Position numbers and translations under genes: made by a program. A stretch of DNA of 57,407 nt, counting the filler, from Squatina squatina (taxonomy: Eukaryota): NCBI GenBank assembly GCA_031763465.1. It is 3 parts of 3 records of this genome, joined end to end, with 100 filler letters (N's around TTAATTAATTAA, not from the genome) between each part and the next. Parts side by side here need not be neighbours in the genome. Positions count along the whole stretch, not along the records: positions 1 to 14,609 come from JARFOE010000168.1; positions 14,710 to 29,978 come from JARFOE010000162.1; 1 more part is not named here. One strand, written 5' to 3'. The notes below the pieces were generated by a model that saw nothing but the letters and a program-made list of their open reading frames with translations, did not search any database and was not told the origin of the DNA. Positions 13,396 to 27,279 of this stretch are shown here, piece by piece. Positions within the stretch are counted from its first letter, which is position 1. Each line of letters opens with the position of its first letter.

Positions 13396-14653
13396 ATACC
13401 AGATAGGACGCACTGCCATTTCATAGCCATACAGTTCTACTTGAACACATTAGTGACAAACCCACTCAAGCTCACACGTGTAATTTGTAATTTCATACCA
13501 GGAACATGATGGTGTGTGACTTATGCTAGGACTTTAAATGATGACATTAATAAAGAATGATTCTCCCATTTGTAAGGTAGTATTTCAGGTGGGCAGAGTG
13601 ACTGGTGACTTCACATGAAGTGTGGGGGGAGTGCTGCCACCAGAACACGTATAGCAGTAACAGGCCCAAGCAGAAAGAGCAACTTGTGGGAAGCAGTGAG
13701 GAAAACTGGTGCACTGGCCACTAATTGCAGACACCTTCTAAGGAGTGTCATTGCTCCGCATATCCTAAAAGGGCAAACTAAATCTGTAAAGTAACTGTGC
13801 CCAAATCAACCCTGTTCTACACATTAATGCTCAGCTCTTTAAATACCGTCTGTTGACATCTTATAGTGGGCCCCTGCTATATTATATTGAATGACAAACA
13901 GATACTCAGCACAATGGCTCAAATTGGGCCGGTGCACTTAATTACTCTACTGTGTAGTCAGTGAACATTGACAAATGTGTAAACGAATATCAAATTTCTA
14001 CTTTTCTACTTCAGCATTTGTGATTCATTCCCAAATTAATGAAACAGCGAAGGCAAAGAAGGCTGCCTTTGGCTTTCCATTTTAGTTTTACTTTTTGGGA
14101 GGTATATCCAGTCCCTACAGGAAACATATTTTGGACTGTCAGTACAGTTAGTATTTATAAATAGCAGCCACTCAATAACATTTCCGTGTGCCCATCATAA
14201 TGCCGTGATCTTTACAATATGGTTAGCCTTCAGAAGGGAATTACTCCAAAGAGCACCAAATAAGGAAAAGTCCCAGTGATCCAGCAGAGAACTGAAGATA
14301 GGTAATCTGCCTTATGAAAGACAGGAAGTACAAACTGTTTGACACTGGTCACAAAGTAATTATTTATTTGTAGAAATACAGAATTTCCATGGACGTTTAG
14401 TGCTTCTAAATGACTTGTTCCTGAGAAATGCAAAATAATGAGCAGAAATTGCCCGAATTAACAAATCCTTTCCATGTTGGCATGGCTTTTCGTTTTTTTG
14501 GGACAAAGAGATAATAAGCTTTTCTAAATGGTACAATCTGCTTAACTGCAGGGATAGAAAATCTGATCTGGACTAATTCCAGTTTTCTGTTACCAAGTCA
14601 CATCAGATTNNNNNNNNNNNNNNNNNNNNNNNNNNNNNNNNNNNNNNNNNNNN

Positions 14654-14665
14654 TTAATTAATTAA
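14654..14665. other. Artificial linker TTAATTAATTAA inside an N44/N44 spacer
   Basis: Exactly 44 N on each side; palindrome with stop codons in all six frames. Confidence 0.95.
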
Positions 14666-14879
14666 NNNNNNNNNNNNNNNNNNNNNNNNNNNNNNNNNNN
14701 NNNNNNNNNGTAGAAATCTGCAGTAAGGATATCTTGCACCTTTAGAGTGCAAAAGATTAATCCCACAAGTTTTTAAGATACGTATTGAAGTGATGAATTA
14801 CTCTTCATGGAGAGATGAATTAATGCTCTGCACTATAAAAAAAATCCTATCAAAAGAGGCAAATATAATCTGCATAAAC

Positions 14880-15028
14880 AAAATACCGTGGATGCTGAAA
14901 ATCTGTGATGCAACAGAAAATGCTGGAAGCACTCAGCAGATCAGGCAGCATCTGTGGAGAGAGAAAGAGAGTTGTTTCNNNNNNNNNNGCAGCATCTGAT
15001 GAGTATTTCCAGCATTTTCTGTTTTTAA
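14880..15028. mobile_element. Inverted-repeat (hairpin) element, Penelope terminal-repeat-like, centre lost in a 10-N gap
   Basis: acagaaaatgctggaagcactcagcaga on the left pairs with tctgatgagtatttccagcattttctgt on the right. Confidence 0.65.
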
Positions 15029-16579
15029 TAATCTGCATAAAAGTCTCTTATCAATAGCTTACTGTCTGTAAATTGCAAATAACTAAACCACAATGAAAAT
15101 CTGACAGTAACTGTTCTAATCACTGTCCTTGCACACATAATAGGCGAGATCGGAGCATTTCTTCAACTGTCCTAATTTTGTTGAAGCAAATTTCTACAGG
15201 AACTATTCATTTGTTAAATTATGAGTCACGAAAACAGCAACAATGTATGTGGCTCCATAATCTTTATTAATAAAACTGTACAAGCAATCCATGTTTACAC
15301 AAAAATCTCATTAAAAACACTGTAGGATCATTAAATGGTGTCACAAATTTGTAATAAAAACAGTATTGCTGGAAAGGTACACCTTGTCTGTTGGTGTCTG
15401 AGGAGGGTCGAGACCTCCCCAAGACGGAACAAAAGGAAAAGGGAAGGGAAGAATGATATGCTAGCTATATTCACAAGGCATATAGAGTATGAGCAATGAC
15501 AGACAGGTAACGATCATCGTGACTGTCCCACACAATTGCGATACCATGTGCATCGCAATATATACACTCCACCAAAACAGGCCAATTTGGGAGGAAATAA
15601 ATCTGGGAAATTCCTCTCCAAGCCATCTAGGCGATCGAAACTAGTCCATGAGATCTCTGGCCTTGAAATTCCCTGCAGNNNNNNNNNNNNNNNNNNNNNN
15701 NNNNNNNNNNNNNNNNNNNNNNNNNNNNNNNNNNNNNNNNNNNNNNNNNNNNNNNNNNNNNNNNNNNNNNNNNNNNNNTACTTCATTTCTTGTATTAGAT
15801 TATTTTCAGTTTAACAAAATGGACGCGTGTTCTGAATTTTACAAGTAGTTATTAAATAAAGATCAGGTTTAGAAATCAATGAAAGGTAGAAAATTACCCT
15901 CTTTGGTTTTGACAAATTTTAGAAATATTTACTTTATTACCTTCAATCTGCTGGTCAGTCGATCTCAGCTCTATGAGACCACGCCTTTGATAGCAGATGC
16001 ATTAACTCAGTAAGCATTTAGCCTTTTGAAAATCAATGCACTGATTACACTGTCCCCAAATGATTTTAGAAATATTTATTCTTTCAACCTCAAACCAATT
16101 CCCAGGTTTCAGCAGTCTGATTAAACTGTCTGTCACTTCACTTCCTGGGAAATGAAGAAGCTTTGTCAACTCTAAAGTGAGCCCACGTCATGGACAGTCC
16201 ACTTTTGTCTTATTTTCACAACACACAGCGTGAGGCACCAATTCAATTCCTCAAATAATTACAATTTCAAACATCTAAATGCACATACCTAATTCTCTTT
16301 TGCCTAAAACAGTAACAACTAACTGAACCTAGACAAAAATGAGCTATGATGGACAGGTATTTAAGTCAGTTCCATATTTTAGTTCATACATGGATCCAGC
16401 ATTAGTTAGTAATTCTGCCTGGATCAAACCAAACATAAATTGATTCACGTTCAATCTGCATTAGTTTTATGGTTCTAGCCGAACCACTGCTGAAACCTCA
16501 GCAAGTATAAAAGATTGATTCTGTATAGCCCAAACACTAGATTTTGGTTTCAGAGAGAAATATAAAAAAGTGCCTTTAC

Positions 16580-16728
16580 CTGAGCATTAGGTTCATGAGC
16601 TGCAGACCCTCTCCTTTCAGAAATCGATCCCTATTTGAGCTCAACATCAGGCATGAGCAAAGACTATCAAACAGGTTCTCCATCATCTCGAGCTCCTCAT
16701 TTGTACTGGGGTTATGACGTTTGAACAA
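16580..16728 (-). CDS. CTNNBL1: CTNNBL1 internal exon (not in the ORF track)
   Basis: ttttag|TTG...CTC AG|gtaaag, 149 bp. LFKRHNPSTNEELEMMENLFDSLCSCLMLSSNRDRFLKGEGLQLMNLML(R), near-identical to recalled human CTNNBL1. Confidence 0.95.
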
Positions 16729-16929
16729 CTAAAAAAGGATTTTAGATAAGATTTTTATTCACACAGCATGCAAGATTTTAGAATCAGATCAAAGATGTTT
16801 CTTAATGGAAAAACTACTGAAGAGCAAGAGGTTTGGAAGCTGCAGGTGTACTACAATATGTAAAAAGAAAACATATGCACATATATAGCGTCTTTCGCAG
16901 CTTCAGGAGTTCCAAAGCACTTGACAGCA

Positions 16930-17480
16930 GGTGCATGGAAACACCACCACCTGCAAGTTCCCCTCCAAGTCAAGGGCAATTAGGGATGGCAATAAATGCT
17001 GGCCTGGACAACGACACCCACATCCCATGTTTGTATTAAAAAAATTTACAGGCCCACTTGGAGGTGAGCAGAGTTGGGAGCTGCTGGTAAGTATAAAAGC
17101 GCGGGCTTTGTTTTTGCCCCTCTCAGAGGTCAGCGTTCCACAGCTACNNNNNNNNNNNNNNNNNNNNNNNNNNNNNNNNNNNNNNNNNNNNNNNNNNNNN
17201 NNNNNNNNNNNNNNNNNNNNNNNNNNNNNNNNNNNNNNNNNNNNNNNAGGCTCCCCTCTAAGTCCCACACCATCCTGACTTGGAAATATGTCGATGTTCC
17301 TTCATCTTTGCTGGGTCTAAATCCTGGAACTCCCTGCCTAACAGCGCTGTGGGAGTACATTCCCCACACGGACTGCAGCTGTTCAAAAAGGCGGCTCACC
17401 ACCACCTCCTCAAGGGCAATTAGGGATGGGTGATAAGCAGTGGCCTGCCAGTGACGCCCACATCCCAGGAACAAAAACAT
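16930..17480 (+). mobile_element. Two retroposon 3'-tail fragments (about 16930-17030 and 17248-17480)
   Basis: Both carry caagggcaattagggatgg...gcct...gac(a/g)cccacatccc; a related tail is on the minus strand at about 36065-36219. Confidence 0.65.
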
Positions 17481-17539
17481 TTGATTGAAACATTCTCCAC
17501 ACTTCAGGCATTTAACTCACACGAGAACAGGGAAAAATA

Positions 17540-17888
17540 TCACATGTGATCAAGGAAGGCAAAATTAGCCATAAGATTAGCCAAGCAATCTCTGGAAAAG
17601 AAAGTGGTGCATAATTGTGGCAGTAATAGCAAAAGCTTTTTTAGCTATGTCAGAAGTCAACAGACCATTAAGAATTGTATAGGGCCACTAAAGGATACTG
17701 TAGGACAGATTGAAATTGATTCTCATGGTTTGGCAGAGCTGCTAAATGACTATTTTGCATCAGTTTATACTCCTGTAGATGAAGCTTTGTTTCCAAATGA
17801 GGGGTGCTCAGTATTGAGTAGCATTATTAATACTAAAATAGATAGTAATATCATCTTGGATAGATTAGGAAAGCTCAAAATTGATAGG
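17540..17888 (+). mobile_element. CR1 LINE ORF2 fragment (between endonuclease and RT)
   Basis: NSKSFFSYVRSQQTIKNCIGPLKD...AELLNDYFASVYT. Confidence 0.85.
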
Positions 17889-18856
17889 NNNNNNNNNNNN
17901 NNNNNNNNNNNNNNNNNNNNNNNNNNNNNNNNNNNNNNNNNNNNNNNNNNNNNNNNNNNNNNNNNNNNNNNNNNNNNNNNNNNNNNNNNNNNNNNNNNNN
18001 NNNNNNNNNNNNNNNNNNNNNNNNNNNNNNNNNNNNNNNNNNNNNNNNNNNNNNNNNNNNNNNNNNNNNNNNNNNNNNNNNNNNNNNNNNNNNNNNNNNN
18101 NNNNNNNNNNNNNNNNNNNNNNNNNNNNNNNNNNNNNNNNNNNNNNNNNNNNNNNNNNNNNNNNNNNNNNNNNNNNNNNNNNNNNNNNNNNNNNNNNNNN
18201 NNNNNNNNNNNNNNNNNNNNNNNNNNNNNNNNNNNNNNNNNNNNNNNNNNNNNNNNNNNNNNNNNNNNNNNNNNNNNNNNNNNNNNNNNNNNNNNNNNNN
18301 NNNNNNNNNNNNNNNNNNNNNNNNNNNNNNNNNNNNNNNNNNNNNNNNNNNNNNNNNNNNNNNNNNNNNNNNNNNNNNNNNNNNNNNNNNNNNNNNNNNN
18401 NNNNNNNNNNNNNNNNNNNNNNNNNNNNNNNNNNNNNNNNNNNNNNNNNNNNNNNNNNNNNNNNNNNNNNNNNNNNNNNNNNNNNNNNNNNNNNNNNNNN
18501 NNNNNNNNNNNNNNNNNNNNNNNNNNNNNNNNNNNNNNNNNNNNNNNNNNNNNNNNNNNNNNNNNNNNNNNNNNNNNNNNNNNNNNNNNNNNNNNNNNNN
18601 NNNNNNNNNNNNNNNNNNNNNNNNNNNNNNNNNNNNNNNNNNNNNNNNNNNNNNNNNNNNNNNNNNNNNNNNNNNNNNNNNNNNNNNNNNNNNNNNNNNN
18701 NNNNNNNNNNNNNNNNNNNNNNNNNNNNNNNNNNNNNNNNNNNNNNNNNNNNNNNNNNNNNNNNNNNNNNNNNNNNNNNNNNNNNNNNNNNNNNNNNNNN
18801 NNNNNNNNNNNNNNNNNNNNNNNNNNNNNNNNNNNNNNNNNNNNNNNNNNNNNNNN

Positions 18857-19415
18857 GGGAATACAACCCTAATTTGTCTAATCTTGCCTCGTAATTTAAC
18901 CCTTGAAGTCTTGGTATCATTCTGGGATACCTACCCTACACTCCCTCCAAGGCCATTATATCCTTCCTAAGGTGTGGTGCTCACAGTACTCCAGGTGTGG
19001 CCTAACTGGGGTTTTGTATAGCTGCAGCATAGCTTCGACCCCATTGTATTCTTGTCTTCTAGATATGAAGGCCAGTATTCCAATAGCCTTGTTGATTATT
19101 TTCTGTGCCTGTTAATGACATTTTAATGATCTATGTGCCTGGACCCCTAGGTCTCTTTGGACCACCATTGTTTTTAGCTTTACACCATTTAGAAAGTACC
19201 CAGTTCTATCGGTTTTAGGTCCAAAGTGGATGACTCACACTTGCTTACATTGAAATCCATTTGCTACAGTTTTGCCCAATCTATCAATATCCCTTTGTAA
19301 TTTTATGCTTTCATCTACACTGCCTACAATTCCGCCTATCTTTGTGTTGTGTCATCTGCAAATTTGGATATATGACTATTTGGATATATGCTATCATCCA
19401 AGTCGTTAATAAATA
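18857..19415 (-). mobile_element. CR1 LINE RT C-terminal fragment
   Basis: Minus strand gives KFADD-like and PHLEY motifs and MIPRLQGLNYEARLDKLGLYS. Confidence 0.85.
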
Positions 19416-21715
19416 CTGTGTATTCCCAGCATTGTGTGTTTTATTTTAATGAACTGGATACAATTAGTGCAAAAAAATATAAATCAGAAGAAGGGGCACA
19501 AATATAAATATGGGTAAACTGGATGCATAAAAAGATGCTAACTGAGGAGTGACATAATGGCAGGGAAAGAAGCAGGCAATAAACTGGTGATGTGTACAAG
19601 TTTCCAATCAGGAATTCAGAACCTGCAGGACTTTGCGCGCACCACCATGTCTTACCCTTCTGTGGTGCAGCACATTGGAGCACGGACTCATTAGAGAAAT
19701 GTAGAATTGTATCTATTAATTAGAAAAAAAAGATTTTGCCGAAGTTCCTGTGAAAATGTAGTGCCTAAATCATGTGCAACAGAAGATTTCAAGTTTTCAA
19801 CACAAACATTAAAGCTGGTGGTTGTGCATAACTGCAAACAGACCACTAATGAACTTGGACTGTGTAGTTATCTTCTTTAGAAACTTATTCAATTTAACTA
19901 TTACTGCCAGAATACTTTGTCTGAAAATAGTGGTTATGGCTAATAATTGTCAGGTAGTTTGCTATAGAACCTACATTAGTAAAGCAAGGCCAAATGTATG
20001 GAAATCTGTTTAATACTTCAATGATAACATAAAAAAAAAATCATGAGTCTCCATTCAATTTAGAATTTTTATCTGCATGCCACTAATTAAATTTTGTTGT
20101 GTGTCATTTCACTCTTTCCAAATAAAATGTTACAAAACTTTCAATTTCATTTTGCATGCACCCAGTTCTCCGGAGAATCATGCAACAAGAATAAAAAGCT
20201 TAACAGAAGCCCATTCTACTTATGCCAGCACTGATCTGAGGCAGCACTTTTTCTGTCCCAGCAAAACTAGAATTTGTAGCTCGGCATAAACCATTGAATA
20301 AAGGCTACTTCCACTTTCTAGTATTCAGAATTAGAAATTCACAGAAATCATTTCTGCATGTGTTTTATGACAGATAATGGATTCCTTTTTGAAAAGTGTA
20401 GCAGGCATTCAACACTAGAAAGTGAGCCACAGACTTTTATTCTTATCTGTCTTCAACAGCAGACTAATAGCACACTAACAGAATCAATGACCACACTATC
20501 ACTCTAAGGAACACAGAAAGTATAGTGTCATACTCAAAACTTTTGTCTAAAATCCATTCTGATACAAGAATTTCAGATAAATACTAGAAAGAGCAACCAA
20601 AAAACGGATACCACTGAAAAAATAAAGACCGCATTTGAGCAGAAAACTGGGGGAAAAAAATCTGATATTTGTTGTTTACTGCAATGGACTAGTAACTCAT
20701 CTCAGCCATTACTTTATACTGCAGAGTCACAGCAATCCAAATAATTGTTGATTCTCAAGTAGGAAGAGGGAGGTAAAATCTGGTAATTCCACCCCACACC
20801 CCGCCCCCAGAGCTTTTAGAATGGGATTTAATCTTAATTAAAATGCTTAACTGAAGATTACATTGCACTTCATTTAGATCCATTTTTAAGTTCAGACTAT
20901 ATGTTTTTAACTGGATTCTAATGGTTCTTATCCATGGGGCACAGTTGGTGAACGCTCAACAAAATTAATCTTAACTCAGTAATCACTGTCTCACAACAAT
21001 AACCTCTCTAAACTCAATTTGTAGCATGTTCCGATGCATTAGTTTAAACTTAGTGCTANNNNNNNNNNNNNNNNNNNNNNNNNNNNNNNNNNNNNNNNNN
21101 NNNNNNNNNNNNNNNNNNNNNNNNNNNNNNNNNNNNNNNNNNNNNNNNNNNNNNNNNNNNNNNNNNNNNNNNNNNNNNNNNNNNNNNNNNNNNNNNNNNN
21201 NNNNNNNNNNNNNNNNNNNNNNNNNNNNNNNNNNNNNNNNNNNNNNNNNNNNNNNNNNNNNNNNNNNNNNNNNNNNNNNNNNNNNNNNNNNNNNNNNNNN
21301 NNNNNNNNNNNNNNNNNNNNNNNNNNNNNNNNNNNNNNNNNNNNNNNNNNNNNNNNNNNNNNNNNNNNNNNNNNNNNNNNCTACCAGTCACTGAGACAAT
21401 CTTCCCACTTTAGCAAACTCCAGACATCCAGATGGATTGAGCTGTCATAACATTACAGCAGATACTGTCAGCTAGGTTGTACAGATTTCATATCTCATCT
21501 GAGATTTCCACTTTGCTGCTTCACAGCACAGTCTGCAAGTTAAATCTGTTTACTGTGTTCTGCCAGACTGGGTTTGAAGGTTAATGCAGAATATTCAGTA
21601 CAACTGGCATAGTTTTCTTAAAAGTAACCGTCTTAATACAATTCAAGCCTAATGTAAATTCAATTGCAGTCTACTTGTGGTGCATTTATTGAACACTTTA
21701 AATTGTAATAAGTCA

Positions 21716-22110
21716 GCCTGGCTTAGTCGGCAGCACTCTCACCTCAGACAGCAGGTTGTGGGCTCAAGCCCACTTTAGTACTTAAGCGCATAATCTAGGC
21801 AGTCAGTTCAGTACAGTACTGAGAAAGTAATGTAGTACTGAAGATGTTGCTCAGGTGGACATACAAAACCCCATTGCACGGTTTGAACAACCAGAAGTTC
21901 TCCAAACGTGCTCCCTCAATCAACGCCACTGTCATAGATTAACTGGTCATTCATCGCAATGCTGTTTGCAGAACTGGACGGTGCACAAAATGGCTCCCAA
22001 ATGTGCCTACATAACAAAAGTGACCTCATTAAAAAAGTTATTCAATAGATGTGCAGCACTTTGGGACATCCTAAGTGATATGATGAGGCATTATATACAA
22101 GTTCTTCCAT
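21716..22110 (+). mobile_element. Degenerate Deu-domain tRNA SINE
   Basis: tRNA-like head (ggcttagtcggcagcac...ggttgtgggctcaagccc), tgctgtttg...gtgcacaaaatggct core and tail like the copy at 55650-56090. Confidence 0.75.
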
Positions 22111-22293
22111 CCATTTCTGCTGATATGAAAAATATATTCTGAAGTTACTTCTTTATCAAAAATGCAGTTTGAATTGCTGAGAATTCAGGTACAATTTACT
22201 TCTGATTGATAAAGGAAAGAAAATCACTGAAGTACTGCAATGAGTTAAAAATACCGACCAAGTCGGGAGCTGGAGGCCAGAGCAGATACTCAC

Positions 22294-22352
22294 TGATAGC
22301 TGCTGCAACAACACATCGATCCCTTCCTGGTCACCAAGTAATTCCCTGTTGA
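22294..22352 (-). CDS. CTNNBL1: CTNNBL1 internal exon, splices directly to 16580-16728
   Basis: tttcag|TC AAC...TCA|gtgagt, 59 bp. NRELLGDQEGIDVLLQQLS vs recalled human NRELLGELDGIDVLLQQLS. Confidence 0.93.
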
Positions 22353-24794
22353 CTGAAAACAGTGGAACCACTTGTCAAATCATACAGCATTAAACATGGA
22401 TACACTGTGCATAATCAATACTGCATGACATATTATAAAAGCAACTAAAGACACAAATTAATTAGAAGGATGGAAACCCTCCACCAGAATAATAAAGACT
22501 TAGTCACAAAATTTAAATAAGATTATTTAACCACTAAAAGTGCTTGTAAATAGTTATTTTTAATAATCAAGACACCTGCTGCATAAGTAACCATACAAAC
22601 CAAGATATTCTTCAACACGTGCACAATGCACAACAGTTAAATTAGATTAAATNNNNNNNNNNNNNNNNNNNNNNNNNNNNNNNNNNNNNNNNNNNNNNNN
22701 NNNNNNNNNNNNNNNNNNNNNNNNNNNNNNNNNNNNNNNNNNNNNNNNNNNNGATGTATAAGAGTGTGTCATAGAATCCACGCTTCATTCCCTGTGCTAA
22801 ATGTGTACACAGATGGGTTTGCATCTGTGCAGACTGACAGACAGACTGGCACACAAGAAATGATTTTAATTAGGTAATTTTTATGCTATTGATTTTTCAT
22901 TGTGATATACACTCACGACAGAAATCTGGCAAAATGTAAAGAATGATCTAGTCCTGCCAGCTGTGTAAGGAACGGACATTAATTTTAGCATTGACCCACT
23001 ATACGGGTCAAATGTAAACACTGGTGGCTAGCAGAATGCCATTAAATGTAAACCCCTTTGAGTGTCCCAAGCAGTTACACATTTTTCAGCAATCTCAGAG
23101 ACATTGCATGCATCTTCTTCTCACTTTCTCCTCAATTCTCACCTTTGCACCCAAAAATAAATCAATAGAACTGTTATTTTTCAAATTTTTAAAAATCCTA
23201 TTATCTAAAGCAGGTAGTGGAAATTAAAACAGTATTAACCTATTGCAGCTTCTAATCAACACAATTAATAGATTGTGAACCTTAAAACAGAATAAGCTGA
23301 ATGGTGCAGAACTATACATGTGTTTGTTTTAGCTTTTCCTGTAGATAACTGGCAAAATTATACTTCCAAAACATGAGATTTGAGATTCTGGCCTACCATT
23401 TATTTGCTGGGCACGATCATGTGTATTCGGTGAATAATGAACATGAACAAGCTCCTTAAATCTACTGTTAACATACAGTGCTGCAAGACACCGACCGAAC
23501 ACACATTTCACCAGGAAACTGCACAATATTTAGCAATGTTTAATGTTCTCAATGTTAAACTGTAATGATAAAAAGCAATAAAAATTACCTAATAACTGGC
23601 AGACTCCTATAAAAAATAGTCCTACAATTCTTAAAATGGTGAAAAAGCAGTAAGACAGACAAAAAAATACTAACTTAATTATTGAATGGAATGAAAAAAT
23701 AAAAGATACTTGATCTATTTGTACTTTATATACAGTTTAATGCACTGTACAATGCACTAGTACTTCATGCATTCCTTCCCTTGATTCCTGAATCTCAGCT
23801 TTGCTGTCCAGAACGATCAATGAACAGAGAAAAGGCACGCAAGGGCAAATCACCTTGCACCATTCTCAAATGCCTCCTAGTGTTTGCCTCATGTGTCTGT
23901 AGCTGGCAAGGTGACAGGTATTTTAACAGTGTGTGTGACACACAACTGCTGCTATTTTTATACTTGAATTTACATTATCCTTAAATCATACAATCTGGCC
24001 ACTGGATTTACACAAATCCCCCAAAACGTATTCTGAATTTTTTGTCCTTATAATTATAATTTCTAATCTCTACGGTTTTAAACAAAAGAATAAAAATGGA
24101 AAAAATATGTATTTCACAACACAATGATTAAACATATCCATTCAATTGTTTTTTTAAAAAACGCCTTCATTAAAGTATTTACTTGCAGGTTACAACCTCT
24201 CCCAAAAGCCTAGGCTTGGACTTGAATCATTTGCCCAAAGCTATTGTGCAGTCCGAGAACATGCAGTGTACCTAATTTCCCAGGATGCATCAGTACCATC
24301 CAGTCCTTTGCATTGATGGGATATTTTTGTTTACCTTCAATTAATTTGGAAAAAAAAGTGGAGGAAGGATGAGGGACACTGAGGTTTCAGGGCCTCCAGC
24401 TTCTCAATACCCACTCTTGGGGGCAGCAAGGAGAGTGGATGGAAATTTCAGGATGAGGTGAGTGACAGTGGAGCAAGGGTGACAGGAGGTTACAGGGATT
24501 GAGTGGCTTATTCAAAGGGGAAGAGGTAGGGGCAGTCACAGAAGTGAGGGGATGGTAGGAAGAGGAATGCAAAGTAGGATGGCGAAGGGGCAAGGGAAAC
24601 GAGTGGAAGGCGGCCACATTTTCCACACAACCCCCATCCCAAAAATCAGCCTGCAGCAGTTCCTTTCGCCAGCTATGCCATACAACCCACCATCTGAAAG
24701 GAAAGAATGAGAGAACCGCTTGAGAACAAAGAAGAAAAAGGACGAGTCAAGGGGAAAAAAAAACAGGAGAGAAAGAGACAGAAGAAAGGAAAAT

Positions 24795-25408
24795 CAGGCT
24801 TGACAAATCTAATGACATTTTTTTGAGGATGTAACTGGTAGAGTAGATAAGGGAGAACCAGTGGATGTGGTTTATCATACTGTCAGAAGGCTTTTGATAA
24901 GGTCCTGCATAAGAGATTAGTGTGCAAAGTTAATGCACATGTGATTGGGGGTAAGGTACTCACTTGGATAGAGAACTGGTTGGCAAACAGGAAGCAAAAA
25001 GTTGGAATAAACGGGTCTTTTTCCGAGTGGCAGGCAGTGACTAGTGGAGTACCGCAGGGATAGGTGCTAGGACCCCAGCTATTCACAATATATATTAATG
25101 ATCTAGATGAGGGAACTAGATGTAATATCTCCAAGTTTGCAGACGACACAAAGCTGGGTGGGTGTGAGTGCTGTTGGGAGGATGCAGAGAAACTCCAGCA
25201 TGATTTGGACAGGTTGGGTGAGTGGGCAAATGCATGGCAGATGCAGTACAATGTGGATAAATGTGAGGTTATCCACTTTGGTGGCAAAAACAGGAAGGCA
25301 GATTATCTGAATGGCAATAGATTGGGAAAAGGGGAGGTGCAATGAGACCTGGGTGTCCTTGTGCACCAGTCGCTGAAGGTAAGCATGCAGGTGCAGCAGG
25401 CGGTTAAG
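24795..25408 (+). mobile_element. CR1 LINE RT fragment
   Basis: GVPQG*VLGPQLFTIYINDLDEG...ISKFADDTKLGG...WQMQYNVDKCEVIHFG; contains stops. Confidence 0.92.
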
Positions 25409-26964
25409 NNNNNNNNNNNNNNNNNNNNNNNNNNNNNNNNNNNNNNNNNNNNNNNNNNNNNNNNNNNNNNNNNNNNNNNNNNNNNNNNNNNNNNNNNNNN
25501 NNNNNNNNCAAATTTGGAAGCTAATTTGCCTTTTTATCTGGAAAGGTGTTTCTCTGCCTCAGTTTCAAAAGCATGCTAACTCAGTGACAAGCATTGACAT
25601 TCATTCAAAATTAAATTCAAAAGTTCATACATTTCCAACATAGTCCCACAAAAGGCAAAGCAACCTTTTGAGCAAGCCTTAAAAAGGAAGAAAAATGGAT
25701 TCTTCTCTGAATTGATAAACCTAATAGCAGCATACAGGTTTTAACAGCTTTTTCTCAGATGGACACAAGCAGGAGTCACAACAGATGCAAGTGACTTGAA
25801 AAATGCCATTGCTGAAAAATTGAATACTTTTTGCACTTTATGCACCCAATGTTATGCCCAGATTAAGTGGGCTAGATAAAAAAAAGGAAAGGTTGCCTGC
25901 ACTCTGCTGCAGCAATACTTAAACCCAACCTCAGAAGAGAATCAGCTACGTTATCAGTGTGACTTTTCCATTTTTCTTTGCTGTGGACTTGCAGCCGCTT
26001 GAGATCATCCAAACTCATTTTATGTGGGGCTCTTGCAGGCAGGCAAAAAGGGCATTTTATCCCATTCACATTAGCTGAATCCAAATGCAGGTCCTAAAGG
26101 TGAAAGGACAGCATGTCTACTCACTGTACTCGGCAGGCATTGTTATAATTAAACTGGACAGTTCTTTCAATCTCATTACATCAGAACATTTGTTTTCCCG
26201 CTCATTTTTTTTTCACATTTGCACCATCTTCCCCCAACCAGAACAGATTGTAATTTTCAGGCAAGTACTAGAATGTTTCATCTGTCTCATTGAGGCATGT
26301 TAGTGGAAGCACCACCAAAGTTACAAGGTGCTTTCAGAAAATATAAGTAAAAATGTTATTATACATGACACATTTTAATGAGTATTTGCATTTTTCAATG
26401 TTTATGAGAGCTGAAATTACTTGTTTTAAAATACAAAAATCAAATGATCAGTCGCAGGCTGGTATGCAAAGAGCCATCAGTACAGACTCCAGTACAATAT
26501 GCAGCGGGTCTCCGTTAAAAGGCGCAAAAGCGCCATTAATATTAACTTCCCATAATATACAAACTATTTTCATAATGTTTGGATAATATATTTCTTGGCT
26601 GACAGAATGTGCAAGAATCAATATATTCCATGGAATAATTGCATCATCTCAGTCTATACTTCTGCTTAAATCCTTCAGTCTCCTTCCCAATCAGAAATTT
26701 ATATGGTTCAGTTTTGAAGAGTTAAATGACATAGCACCAACTGTTTTTCCTTTCTAGTCCAAAAAGCTGAGGTCAGGTAATTTAGCATCGATCAGGAATT
26801 GAACCGAGCAATTTCCTGGTCTGTAAGGCTGAGTACTGCATTTACTGAGAGCCCTGATATTTCTGTTTTTTAATGAGCCTCTGAAGAGATCTTAGAGCTG
26901 GGTGTTATTTGCATTGCCTCCCCTGAGCTTCTTGTACTTCACACTATTCACCAGCTGAAGGAAC

Positions 26965-27279
26965 TTGGTAGTGTAGTGGTTAAGTTGCAGGCCTAATAAT
27001 TCTAGAGGTTTAGGACTATTGATCCAGAGATGTGAGTTCAAATCCCACCATGGCAGCTGTGGAATTTAAATTCAGTTAATTAAAAAGTTTTTAAAAAATA
27101 GCTAGTGTCAGTAATGGTGACTATGAAACTATCAGATTGTTGTTAAAACCCCATCTGACTCACTAATGTCCTTTAGGGAAGGGAATCTGCCATCCTTACC
27201 TGGTCTTGCCTATATGTGGACTCCAGACCCACAGCAACCAGCAATGTGGTTAACTCTTACCTGCTCTCTGAAATGGCCT
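26965..27279 (+). mobile_element. tRNA-derived SINE, MetaSINE-like core
   Basis: A/B-box head (ggtagtgtagtggtt...gagttcaaatccc) followed by cactaatgtcctttagggaagggaatctgccatccttacctggtc. The family name is from memory. Confidence 0.65.

Noticed and set aside
14234-14301. Possible exon bounded by cag| and |gtaatc
   Set aside because: Stop codons in all three forward frames.
17604-18920. Long ORFs of 337-422 aa in the ORF track
   Set aside because: Almost entirely N-gap; the flanks are CR1 fragments in opposite orientations.
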